DNA of 64,000 nt from Desulfitobacterium sp. (GTDB lineage Bacteria; Bacillota; Desulfitobacteriia; Desulfitobacteriales; Desulfitobacteriaceae), in contig NZ_JAYFQK010000059.1 in assembly GCF_034927245.1 (NCBI RefSeq), forward strand, positions 151 through 64,150, given 5' to 3'. How positions within the stretch are numbered: position 1 is the first letter of the stretch; the number at the start of each line of letters is the position of its first letter. This document shows, one piece after another, positions 8,913 through 17,935 of this stretch. A model generated the notes under the pieces. That model had not been told where the DNA came from. It made no database searches and saw nothing but the letters and a program-made list of their open reading frames with translations. Both the position numbers and the translations under genes were made by a program.

Positions 8913-10922
8913 TTGGGTCTTCTGAAAAAAATAGTTATTTCTATAATTGCTTCATTAACGTTGATTTTAATATTACCCTTATTTGCACAAGCAAGCCCCT
9001 TAGCTTACCCCATCGAGCGCTTAGCCGGGGAAGACAGAGTTGAGACGGCTATTGATATATCGAATAAAGGTTGGCAAAGTGCAAATGCAGTCATTTTATG
9101 CGAATACTCCGATTATGCTGATTCGATTGCATCAACTCCTTTTGCCGTTAGTTTAAACGCACCTATTCTGCTTACAGAGGGAAACTCACTTGACACTCGT
9201 GTTATCGGCGAGCTCCGGCGTTTAAATCCTCAAAGGGTGATCTTGCTTGGAGGTACCGGAGTTTTGAAACCATCCATTGAGAAAGATTTGATGAAACTCG
9301 GATTAACCTCAGATCAGATAGAACGAATCGGTGGCAAAGATCGTTATGAAACCTCGGTTCTCCTCGCTCAGCGTTTAAGCAGCAGTTCACTTATCCTTGC
9401 CAATGGGGATGATTTTCCTGACGCCCTATCCGCTGCAAGCTATGCCGGCATTCAACAAATTCCGGTCGTCTTGACCTCCAATACCCTTCCGGGCTCTGTC
9501 ATCGACTATTACCAAAAGACTAAACCTCAACACCTAATCGTCATCGGAGGTGAAGGGGTTATTCCCTCTGAGAATTTGATCAAAAATAAATTTGTGGTAG
9601 AAACCCGTTTAGGCGGTCAGGATCGCTATGAAACCAATGCGAAGGTTGTTTCTTCGATGCAGTCCTCTTATACATCTGACAATTTATTTCTTGCTTCTGG
9701 CTTAACCTTCCCTGATGCGGTCGCCGGAACAGTCTTAGCCTCGAAATATAAAGCACCTCTGCTTCTTTCAGAAAAGAATGATATTCCGCCTTCGGTTTAT
9801 GCTCTGATGCGCGGTCATATGAAGGTTGAGCCCCCCGTACAAAATCAAGATACCTCATTGAAAACCGGGAAGATTACAGCTAATGGAGGATTAAGGCTCA
9901 GAGATACACCTTCCACAACAGGTTCAATTCTCCTTACCATTCCGCATGGCGAGACGATTACCATTAGCGGTCAGGAAAATCAGTGGTATAAAACGACCTA
10001 TCAATCAAATACCGGTTGGGTTTCTGCCGATTATGTAAAAATCGCCTCTGCCAACACGGCAGATTTAACGCTCAACGGTAATGTTTTTATTCTCGGTGGA
10101 GCAGGTGTGATTAGCACACAGGCACAAAAGATTATTGAAGGAAAAGCATCTTCTACATATCCCGACAACCTAAGAGATTTTCCTTCACTTCCTTCTGGAA
10201 TCAATAAGCCTGAGCCTCCTTCCAGAGGTGACAATAACACGACCCCGCCGTCGGTTCCCGAAGACTCGAAAACCTATGATCCCTCAACTGAAGTTCTAAT
10301 AGATCCATTTAATGGATATCCGGCTGCTGCCTTAAAGGGCAAAACTATTCTTGTCGATCCCGGACATGGCGGACCAGATCCTGGGTCAATCGGGCCAACT
10401 CAAACGTATGAAAAAGATAATACTTTGGCAATTGCCCTTGAGTTAAAGAAAATATTAGAACAAGCGGGTGCAACAGTAATCTTGACGCGGAGTAACGATG
10501 TATCTCTTGCCAAAGATTATTCTGAAGTTAATGATCTACAGGCCCGCGTCAATCTAGCCAATAGCAGCAATGCCGATTTACTGATAAGTATCCATAATGA
10601 TGCCTTTACCAATCCTGAGCCCAATGGTACATCCACTTTTTATGATTCACGCAATCCCAAAAGCAATGAGAGCATGCACCTTGCCAACAGTATTCAGACC
10701 GCATTTACCAACTCCATCAAAACTCAGAATCGTGGAGTTAAGGAAAGCCGCCTTTATGTCTTGGCGAATACAAATATGCCTGCCGTTTTAATTGAAACCG
10801 CCTTTATCACCAATCCTTATGAAGAAGCACGCTTACAGAACCCAACATTTCATAAAAATGTAGCTGCTGTTATCTTCCATGGAATCTATAAATACTATAA
10901 AGACCCTATACCTCAATCCTAA
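8913..10922 (+). CDS. cell-wall-binding (3x CWB2) - SH3 - N-acetylmuramoyl-L-alanine amidase (Amidase_3)
   Basis: TTG start after an AAGAAAGGA RBS and a signal peptide. Three GxDRYET-type CWB2 repeats are followed by an SH3b-like segment (GGLRLRDTPSTTGSIL...WYKT...GWVSADYV). The C-terminus has an amidase_3 core (VDPGHGGPDPG...SIHNDA...). Confidence 0.85.
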   Translation: MGLLKKIVISIIASLTLILILPLFAQASPLAYPIERLAGEDRVETAIDISNKGWQSANAVILCEYSDYADSIASTPFAVSLNAPILLTEGNSLDTRVIGELRRLNPQRVILLGGTGVLKPSIEKDLMKLGLTSDQIERIGGKDRYETSVLLAQRLSSSSLILANGDDFPDALSAASYAGIQQIPVVLTSNTLPGSVIDYYQKTKPQHLIVIGGEGVIPSENLIKNKFVVETRLGGQDRYETNAKVVSSMQSSYTSDNLFLASGLTFPDAVAGTVLASKYKAPLLLSEKNDIPPSVYALMRGHMKVEPPVQNQDTSLKTGKITANGGLRLRDTPSTTGSILLTIPHGETITISGQENQWYKTTYQSNTGWVSADYVKIASANTADLTLNGNVFILGGAGVISTQAQKIIEGKASSTYPDNLRDFPSLPSGINKPEPPSRGDNNTTPPSVPEDSKTYDPSTEVLIDPFNGYPAAALKGKTILVDPGHGGPDPGSIGPTQTYEKDNTLAIALELKKILEQAGATVILTRSNDVSLAKDYSEVNDLQARVNLANSSNADLLISIHNDAFTNPEPNGTSTFYDSRNPKSNESMHLANSIQTAFTNSIKTQNRGVKESRLYVLANTNMPAVLIETAFITNPYEEARLQNPTFHKNVAAVIFHGIYKYYKDPIPQS

Positions 10923-10941
10923 GTATATACGGAAAAACAAA

Positions 10942-10982
10942 AAAACTCCTTATCCTTGAGAACAGGATGAGGAGTTTTTTTA
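10942..10982. terminator. bidirectional intrinsic terminator between convergent amidase and Rrf2 genes
   Basis: AAACTCCTTATCCT-loop-AGGATGAGGAGTTT hairpin with an A-run upstream and a T-run downstream. Confidence 0.7.
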
Positions 10983-11001
10983 GTGCGCCACGCGTGGCGA
11001 T

Positions 11002-11451
11002 TCAGATATAATACATATCTCCCATTTCATTATGCAATGCTTTATAATCCTGAACCAGATCTTCAAGCGTTATTGAATCCACAAAATTATTGATACTCTC
11101 AGACATTTTATCCCAAACATTTAATTGCAAACAATATTGGATACTCTCATAATAATCTTGAGGATGATCATCCTCATCTTGAACTACAGATAAATCGCCT
11201 TCCAAAACGCGAAGGATTCTGCCCACACTAATACTGCACGGCTTCTCCGCGAGAATATATCCTCCTTGAGCCCCTTTTACACTCTTAATGATTCCGGCTT
11301 TGCGAAGCGAAGAGAAAACCTGTTCAAGATAGTTCTCTGAGATGCTTTGTCTCTCGGCAATATTCGACAGCGCAACATGCTCTCCATTTGAATGAACCGC
11401 TAAATCAAGCAAAGCTCTTAAACCATATCTGCCTTTCGTCGATATCTTCAA
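11002..11451 (-). CDS. Rrf2-family transcriptional regulator (CymR/IscR-like)
   Basis: (L)KISTKGRYGLRALLDLAVH... is a canonical Rrf2 N-terminus. The likely start is the TTG at 11451, 6 nt after GGGGTGG. The gene is divergent from cysK. Confidence 0.85.
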   Translation of the reverse strand: MKISTKGRYGLRALLDLAVHSNGEHVALSNIAERQSISENYLEQVFSSLRKAGIIKSVKGAQGGYILAEKPCSISVGRILRVLEGDLSVVQDEDDHPQDYYESIQYCLQLNVWDKMSESINNFVDSITLEDLVQDYKALHNEMGDMYYI

Positions 11452-11558
11452 AGGTGTGCCACCCCAAACTCTAGTATTCTTATCGGTATAATATATCGTA
11501 ATATGAATATTACCCTTTGTCAAACGTGTTAAAAATTATGGGACAGGCAATAATTCTA

Positions 11559-11621
11559 TTGACAAAAAAAATATATAGAGTTACGATTTATCCACCATAT
11601 TAAACCTATTAGTTTTATAGG
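11559..11621 (+). promoter_or_regulatory. cysK promoter (TTGACA-17-TACGAT) plus downstream inverted repeat CCTATTAGTTTTATAGG (possible Rrf2/CymR operator)
   Basis: The hexamers are read directly from the sequence. The palindrome lies between the predicted transcription start and the RBS. Confidence 0.45.
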
Positions 11622-11657
11622 AATTAAAAATATGGACTTGAAAATGGAGGGTATCCT

Positions 11658-12590
11658 ATGTCAAAAATCTATAAAAGTATAACAGATCTTATTGGTAAAA
11701 CCCCGCTGTTAGAGTTGACCAATTTCGAAAGAAAGCATCAATTGAAAGCAACCTTATTGGCTAAACTTGAGTATTTCAATCCGGCGGGCAGCGTCAAGGA
11801 TCGTGTTGCAAAGGCAATGGTTGATGATGCCGAAGCCAGAGGATTGCTCACTCCAAATTCCGTCATCATTGAACCGACCAGTGGCAACACAGGAATCGGT
11901 CTTGCCTCAGTTTCCTCTGCCAGGGGGTATCGGGTCATCCTCACCATGCCTGAATCAATGAGTATTGAACGTCGGAACCTCTTAAAAGCCTATGGAGCCG
12001 AAGTTGTGCTTACTGATGCTTCTAAAGGAATGAAAGGTGCTATTGCTAAGGCCGAGGAACTTGCTCAAAAGATACCGAACTCTTATATCCCCGGACAGTT
12101 TGTAAATCCGGCCAATCCTGCAGCCCATAAAGCAACAACAGGACCGGAAATCTGGGACGATACCGATGGATCGGTCGATATTTTCGTGGCCGGTGTTGGT
12201 ACAGGCGGAACATTAACAGGCGTTGGCGAATATCTGAAAGCTATGAACCCCAAGATCAAGATCGTGGCCATGGAGCCATTTGATTCGCCCGTTCTTTCTG
12301 AAGGCCGATCCGGGCCACATAAAATTCAGGGTATCGGTGCCGGTTTTATTCCGGACACGCTCAATACCTCCATTTATGACGAGGTTATCAAAGTAAAGAG
12401 TGAAGATGCCTTTGCTATTGGACGGGACCTATCTAAAACAGAAGGCTTGCTCGTCGGAATCTCTTCCGGAGCAGCGCTTTCGGCGGCAATGGAACTAGCC
12501 AATCGTCCCGAAAACGCAGGGAAAACTATTGTTGTCCTTCTACCCGATACCGGTGAAAGATATCTTTCCACAGCACTTTTTGCCGACTGA
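11658..12590 (+). CDS. cysK: cysteine synthase A (O-acetylserine sulfhydrylase)
   Basis: 310 aa with the PLP-lysine context NPAGSVKDR and the TSGNTG and GTGGT loops typical of CysK. Confidence 0.92.
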   Translation: MSKIYKSITDLIGKTPLLELTNFERKHQLKATLLAKLEYFNPAGSVKDRVAKAMVDDAEARGLLTPNSVIIEPTSGNTGIGLASVSSARGYRVILTMPESMSIERRNLLKAYGAEVVLTDASKGMKGAIAKAEELAQKIPNSYIPGQFVNPANPAAHKATTGPEIWDDTDGSVDIFVAGVGTGGTLTGVGEYLKAMNPKIKIVAMEPFDSPVLSEGRSGPHKIQGIGAGFIPDTLNTSIYDEVIKVKSEDAFAIGRDLSKTEGLLVGISSGAALSAAMELANRPENAGKTIVVLLPDTGERYLSTALFAD

Positions 12591-12614
12591 GATTAACCAT
12601 ATAATAACTCCTTA

Positions 12615-14933
12615 TTAGTTTGTCTCCTTCCAGAAGTTACGCATTTGTTCTTCGATCGCCTGTAGATTTGAAACGAAATGTAAAGGCTGCCACTCATGCG
12701 GAAAAAGTTTTTGATACCCTGATCGCGCAAAACGTTCATCCACCAAGACCACCGCTCCCCTGTCCTTCTCAGTGCGAATTACACGTCCTGCCGCCTGCAG
12801 GACCTTGTTAAAGCCCGGGTAAACATACGCATATTCAAATCCGCGTTTCAAGGTCGTTTGAAAGTAGTCACGGATTAAATCTCGTTCCAAACAAATCTGA
12901 GGCAAGCCCACGCCCACGATAACCGCACCGGAAAGCCGGCTTCCCGTAAGATCTATTCCTTCGCCAAATATTCCGCCGAGAAGGGAGAACCCGACTAAAG
13001 TCTCCTGAGGATCTTCTTGAAATTGAGAAAGAAAGATTTCCCGTTCATCTTCAGTCATACCCTGCGTTTGAACAAGAGAACGTATCTTCTGATTCTGCAT
13101 TTTAAATCGTTCATAAACCTTCTGCATATAGACGTAAGATGGAAAAAAGACGAGATAGTTTCCCGTTCTCGCCTTTGCAACCGTTGCAATCACTTCAGCA
13201 AGTTGGTCATAGCTGGAATCTCGTTGAGTAAAACGTGTGGATATACCGGGGTGAAGCATTAAACAAAGATTCTGGGGAGGGAAGGGAGAACTTAGCCTCA
13301 ATTTATACGAAGATGGCTCACCTCCCAATATTTTCATAAAATATTCAATGGGGCTTAACGTCGCCGAAAAGAGGATAGCCGCCCGTCCTCTTTTAAAGGC
13401 TTCTGCCAAAAGAAGAGAAGGATCAAGGCAATAAAGTTTAACCGAGTAACCTTCCTGACCCTGCTTATAGAGTGTTATATAATGTTCATCATAATATTCC
13501 GCCGTTCTTAAGAATCCCAACGCATTGTAGTAAAGGTCTAAGAGTTCTTCTTTCCAAGGAACAGACTTTTCCTCCTGCAAAAAACGTTCGGCCGCTTTGA
13601 TAAATTGTTGCAAACCAGAATAGAGTTCCGTAGGCGGAGCCTTTTGAAAATCCTGAGTCTGATCCTTCCTGAATTTATTTAATTGAGTGTTAACTTTCTG
13701 TATTCTTTTCCCCAGCTGAGGATATTCAGTTTGCACTTCCTTTTTCAGCTTTAGAAACGGTTCTTTCACAATTTCGGCCGAAAACATCTCCCGCGCTCTG
13801 TCTACAAGATTATGTGCTTCATCCACTAAAAAGAGATAATCTCCCCCTTCAAGAAAAAGTCTGCGCAAATAGACACGCGGATCAAAAACATAATTATAAT
13901 CACAGATCACAATATCTGCCCATTGGGTTAAATCCAAGGAGAATTCAAACGGACATACGGAATGCTTACGGCTATAATCTTCGATTATCGTCCGGGTCCA
14001 GGAGTCCTCTTCAAATATTTCTTCCAATGCTAACCGTACCCGATCATAATAGCCCCTTGCATAGGGACATTCCTCCGGATCGCAGGAATTATCCGGCGCT
14101 AAACAGACTTTATCTTTTGCGGTTAAGGTAAGTCTTTTAATCTTTAATCCCCGATTTTGTAGATCACTCAACGTCTTCTCCGCTACAGTTCGGGTCATTG
14201 TCTTTGCCGTAAGATAAAAGATTTGATGAGTTAAACCATCGGCAACCGCTTTAAGTGCGGGAAACAAAGTTGCCACTGTCTTCCCGATTCCGGTTGGTGC
14301 TTGTGCAAATAATCTCTGCCCCTGCTTAATCGTTTTATAAACCGCAATGACAAGCTCGCGTTGACCCGAACGATAAGAAGGATACGGGAAAACCAGATCA
14401 TGTATACTTAAATTCTGAGTTTCTGTCCATGATTCCATTTTCTTCGCCCAATAAAGATATCTTTCGACGACCCCTATAAAAAATCGTGCCAGCTCTTGAA
14501 GAGAATACGAACGTGTAGAAATGCGGGTTTCTCCGGAATTAAGCTGATAATAAGTCAGTTGAACCTCGATTGTTTCCAACCTTTCCTGTTCCGCATAGAT
14601 ATAAGCATAGCATTTCACCTGGGCCCAGTGAATTTCGCTAAAGGATTCCTCCCACTGCTCAAATTCACGCGTCGTTGACTTGATCTCATCAATACAAACC
14701 CCGGATTCTTTTTGAATAATTCCATCGGCGCGGCCATGAATTTCGAGTTTCATCCCGTTTTGATCATAGGTATAGCTCAACCGGACTTCAGGCTGGTATT
14801 CTTCTCCATAAGCCTTCTGAATAAATTGATGGGCCTTGATACCTTCTACTGTCCGAGACGGACCATTCGCACCTGCCTGCAAATCCCCGGATTTGAGAAC
14901 AAATTCAACAAGCTCGCGTACAGATATTCTCAT
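12615..14933 (-). CDS. fused PD-(D/E)XK (RecB-like) nuclease / XPD-DinG-family Fe-S DNA helicase
   Basis: The N-terminus carries GRADGI...IDEIKS...QVKCY nuclease motifs. The helicase part has Walker A APTGIGKT, a DEAH box (VDEAHN), and four Cys (VCL, SCD, ECP, VCPFE) between the helicase motifs. Confidence 0.85.
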   Translation of the reverse strand: MRISVRELVEFVLKSGDLQAGANGPSRTVEGIKAHQFIQKAYGEEYQPEVRLSYTYDQNGMKLEIHGRADGIIQKESGVCIDEIKSTTREFEQWEESFSEIHWAQVKCYAYIYAEQERLETIEVQLTYYQLNSGETRISTRSYSLQELARFFIGVVERYLYWAKKMESWTETQNLSIHDLVFPYPSYRSGQRELVIAVYKTIKQGQRLFAQAPTGIGKTVATLFPALKAVADGLTHQIFYLTAKTMTRTVAEKTLSDLQNRGLKIKRLTLTAKDKVCLAPDNSCDPEECPYARGYYDRVRLALEEIFEEDSWTRTIIEDYSRKHSVCPFEFSLDLTQWADIVICDYNYVFDPRVYLRRLFLEGGDYLFLVDEAHNLVDRAREMFSAEIVKEPFLKLKKEVQTEYPQLGKRIQKVNTQLNKFRKDQTQDFQKAPPTELYSGLQQFIKAAERFLQEEKSVPWKEELLDLYYNALGFLRTAEYYDEHYITLYKQGQEGYSVKLYCLDPSLLLAEAFKRGRAAILFSATLSPIEYFMKILGGEPSSYKLRLSSPFPPQNLCLMLHPGISTRFTQRDSSYDQLAEVIATVAKARTGNYLVFFPSYVYMQKVYERFKMQNQKIRSLVQTQGMTEDEREIFLSQFQEDPQETLVGFSLLGGIFGEGIDLTGSRLSGAVIVGVGLPQICLERDLIRDYFQTTLKRGFEYAYVYPGFNKVLQAAGRVIRTEKDRGAVVLVDERFARSGYQKLFPHEWQPLHFVSNLQAIEEQMRNFWKETN

Positions 14934-14977
14934 GCTCTTCCTCTAATCCGTCCTTCTCTTACTATCCACCCTATTTT

Positions 14978-15313
14978 CTAATTTAGCTCTAAATCCCTCA
15001 CCGCAAAATGAGCATGTTCTAAGATCTCGGCCAATACATCCAAAGGAGTAGTGGCAATTTCTCGATACATTTTATGAGTATAGAGATGGCGAACCTCCGG
15101 GATCTCTTGATTAATCCGCTTGCGCAGCTTATTCCCCGGATCATCGGCATCCACCAAAATATATATTTCTGAGCTTTCTAACCACTCCGCCCACTCTTCT
15201 AATTTCTCATAACTTAATGTACCATTGCTGCAAAGGATTTCAACAGGTTCGTCTAAAACTTTTAATAGCTGCTCACGATCCGTTTTTCCTTCGACAATGA
15301 TGACTTTGCCCAT
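14978..15313 (-). CDS. small Toprim-domain protein (YusF/RNase M5-like)
   Basis: 111 aa; VIIVEGKTDREQL ... ILVDADDPGNKLR is the Toprim E...DxD signature. Confidence 0.75.
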   Translation of the reverse strand: MGKVIIVEGKTDREQLLKVLDEPVEILCSNGTLSYEKLEEWAEWLESSEIYILVDADDPGNKLRKRINQEIPEVRHLYTHKMYREIATTPLDVLAEILEHAHFAVRDLELN

Positions 15314-15374
15314 AGCTCACCCTCCTATAATGGCTTCCAATGCCTTAGACTTTGTCAACATCATCTTTTTTATG

Positions 15375-16007
15375 CTAGACCAAACGGGTATCTTTGCTTT
15401 CGGTCTGAGTATTTGCTGCTTTGCTCTCTATTTCTTCACCGGAAAAAGTGCTTTCCATTACCCAGCCTTTCTTCATCATCCAAGCCATCACCTGAGCTGC
15501 ATTGATGGCATCATCCAGAGCAGAATGAAGAATCCCGATTTGCGGAATATCATTTTCCTCAATCGCCCGTTTTAAAGAAGCCCTTTTATCCAACTTGCAA
15601 AAAGCTTTATATTCTTCAGCTAAATCCAAATAATTGTCCCAAACAAAGGGATATTCCAAACCATAATTTTCACAGACATTTCCAAGAACTTTCCTATCAG
15701 AATCTCCCCACGCCACCAGCCAGGTCTCCTTATCAGGAGACATTTTTTTTAAATCGTTCAAGGAAGCCTCCAGATCTACACCCCCATCAACATCCTTTTG
15801 GCGTATACCCGTTATCGCGTAACTTTCCTCAGCCAAACGGGGCCAATTTCTCGGTTTAACAAAGATGCTATAAGTTTGATCTGTCGGGTTTCCTTGATTA
15901 TCCGCCAGAACCGCTCCTACCTCTATAATTTCTGGAAACCAGGCCCTCGGTTTTCCATACGACCGTGGTACCGAAAACTCAAAATCTACGACTAAGAACT
16001 TCGCCAT
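15375..16007 (-). CDS. DEDDh 3'-5' exonuclease (KapD-like)
   Basis: FLVVDFEFS (ExoI), WGDSD (ExoII) and HSALDDA (ExoIII, DEDDh) motifs. I prefer the ATG at 16007 after GAGGAAG. Confidence 0.8.
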   Translation of the reverse strand: MAKFLVVDFEFSVPRSYGKPRAWFPEIIEVGAVLADNQGNPTDQTYSIFVKPRNWPRLAEESYAITGIRQKDVDGGVDLEASLNDLKKMSPDKETWLVAWGDSDRKVLGNVCENYGLEYPFVWDNYLDLAEEYKAFCKLDKRASLKRAIEENDIPQIGILHSALDDAINAAQVMAWMMKKGWVMESTFSGEEIESKAANTQTESKDTRLV

Positions 16008-16090
16008 TCTCCCGCTTCCTCTCACAAATTACTCTAATCATACCCCAAAGGTCTCTGCAATTAAAGATTATATTGATAAAGATGTATTGC

Positions 16091-17251
16091 TCATTTCTGG
16101 GAAAGCTTCAGAATCGACTCGATTCGAGTCACCGCCGGGGGATGAGTATAACTAAACCAGGTGATAAAGGGGTGCGGCGAGACATCTGAAAGATTGCGTA
16201 CAGCGAGATCCCTTTGTAAGCGAATTGTTGAAGGAATGTCTCCTGTCAGTTGGACGGATGCAATATCGGCTTGCGTTTCCATCTGCCGGGAAACGTAATT
16301 TTGCAATGGATTGCTGATAAAACTGATTAACATCAACAACATTAATAAGACAGGCCAAGCCTCAGGTGAATATTTTCCACTAGGGTATAGGGAATTCAAC
16401 ACCCAAAAAATAATCCTCCAAACGATGAAGCTTCCCAGTATGCCTAAGATTAAACCCTTTAGAATATGTCCATATTTCCAGTGGGCCATTTCATGCGCAA
16501 TGACGGCTTTTATTTCACCTTCATCGTAGTCTCGAAGCAAGGTATCATACAATACAATCCTTTGTGTACTGCCCACCCCTGCAAAATAGGCATTGGCCTT
16601 ATTGGTTCTTTGACTCGCGTCCATGACCATAATCTGATTCACCTTAAGACCGGCCCTATCCGCAAGTTCGTTAACCATGGCAACAAGTTGAGGATCTTCT
16701 ACTTCACTAAAATTATTAAACAGCGGGGATACAACAATAGGCCATAATAAAGATTGAAAAATCAACCAGACCGCAAAAAAAGATCCACCCACAACCCACC
16801 ATGTTCTCGGCCAATGCTTAATTAGGCCCAAAAGGAGTATCCCGCCGAGCAGAGTTAATCCAAGATCTAAGAATGAGGTTTTGATATCATCTCTAAACCA
16901 AGATCCTAAACTCTGAGTGGAAAAGCCCCATTGGTGCTGCCAGATATAACCGCTATGGAAGCTGAAGGGAAAACTTAGGAGTTTAAGCAGCAGCCATGTC
17001 CCCATAATGATGAGAAGAAAAGTGATCCACTCTCTCCCTCCGGCAATTCGCATAGCCTCTCGGATCAATCCATGTATTCTCCCCGAAAAAATTAACCAAC
17101 CCAGACAAGAAACTTGAAGCAATAAGCTAATAATACTGGAAATCCGAATAACTGAGCTATATGATTTGCCCCTTTGAACCTGTTCGGCACCAAAAAGTTG
17201 GAGGCTTAGTGGATCGGGCTGCCCGGGAAAAAGCGTAAACCCAATGTACAA
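16091..17251 (-). CDS. M48-family (Ste24/HtpX-like) integral-membrane zinc metalloprotease
   Basis: HEMAHWKYGH motif and multiple TM helices. The N-terminus is uncertain (see findings). Confidence 0.85.
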   Translation of the reverse strand: MYIGFTLFPGQPDPLSLQLFGAEQVQRGKSYSSVIRISSIISLLLQVSCLGWLIFSGRIHGLIREAMRIAGGREWITFLLIIMGTWLLLKLLSFPFSFHSGYIWQHQWGFSTQSLGSWFRDDIKTSFLDLGLTLLGGILLLGLIKHWPRTWWVVGGSFFAVWLIFQSLLWPIVVSPLFNNFSEVEDPQLVAMVNELADRAGLKVNQIMVMDASQRTNKANAYFAGVGSTQRIVLYDTLLRDYDEGEIKAVIAHEMAHWKYGHILKGLILGILGSFIVWRIIFWVLNSLYPSGKYSPEAWPVLLMLLMLISFISNPLQNYVSRQMETQADIASVQLTGDIPSTIRLQRDLAVRNLSDVSPHPFITWFSYTHPPAVTRIESILKLSQK

Positions 17252-17495
17252 AAAACTAAAAGCACCGGTAATTATGAATAATATCAGCCAAAAGGCTTTG
17301 AGATGTGCTGACAGTTGTCCATCCCTCCCTCACTAATGCAGAATTTTATCTCTATTCATTAGTATAACTAAGTTTCACAGAATATGGCAGTTAATTTACC
17401 CTTTAATCCCCTTCAAAAAGAATAGAGCACACCAATGCGTTATTTCGTTTGGTGTGCCCTATCAAAATTCAACCGTAAAACATTTTGTCATAAGT

Positions 17496-17852
17496 TTAGC
17501 GTGGATAAAACGTTTGACACTCTGTTTGTTCAGCAGATGTTGAAACTTCATTTTGAATTTGAACATCATCGGCATTGCATAGCTGATTCGTATTATAGGT
17601 ACAGTTAACCGCATCACAAAAAACGTGGGGTTCCATTGAGGCAGTGTTGAAAAGTTGTTTTGCAGCGCCCCCATAATTCATATTTGTAATTGAAGATACA
17701 TAATTTCCTATGTTTTTTGAACTAAACGTCCCGCAAAAGGTAGCACCACTGCCCATTGCCTGCTCGCCCTGAACTTTGATTGTTTCCGCACTGCAAAGAG
17801 CATCATAATTGTATAAACAGTTAACCGCGTTGCACTTTAGCTTATTCATCAA
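17496..17852 (-). CDS. DUF1540-domain protein
   Basis: Two copies of the C-x2-C-x-Y-N...C motif (KCNAVNCLYNYDALC; FCDAVNCTYNTNQLC). Confidence 0.8.
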   Translation of the reverse strand: MMNKLKCNAVNCLYNYDALCSAETIKVQGEQAMGSGATFCGTFSSKNIGNYVSSITNMNYGGAAKQLFNTASMEPHVFCDAVNCTYNTNQLCNADDVQIQNEVSTSAEQTECQTFYPR

Positions 17853-17935
17853 AATTCCTCCCTATTTACCCGATCTAGGGGATTTAATAATGCTAGTGTG
17901 TGCAAAGTTCCCCGTTCATATACAATTAACTAAAA

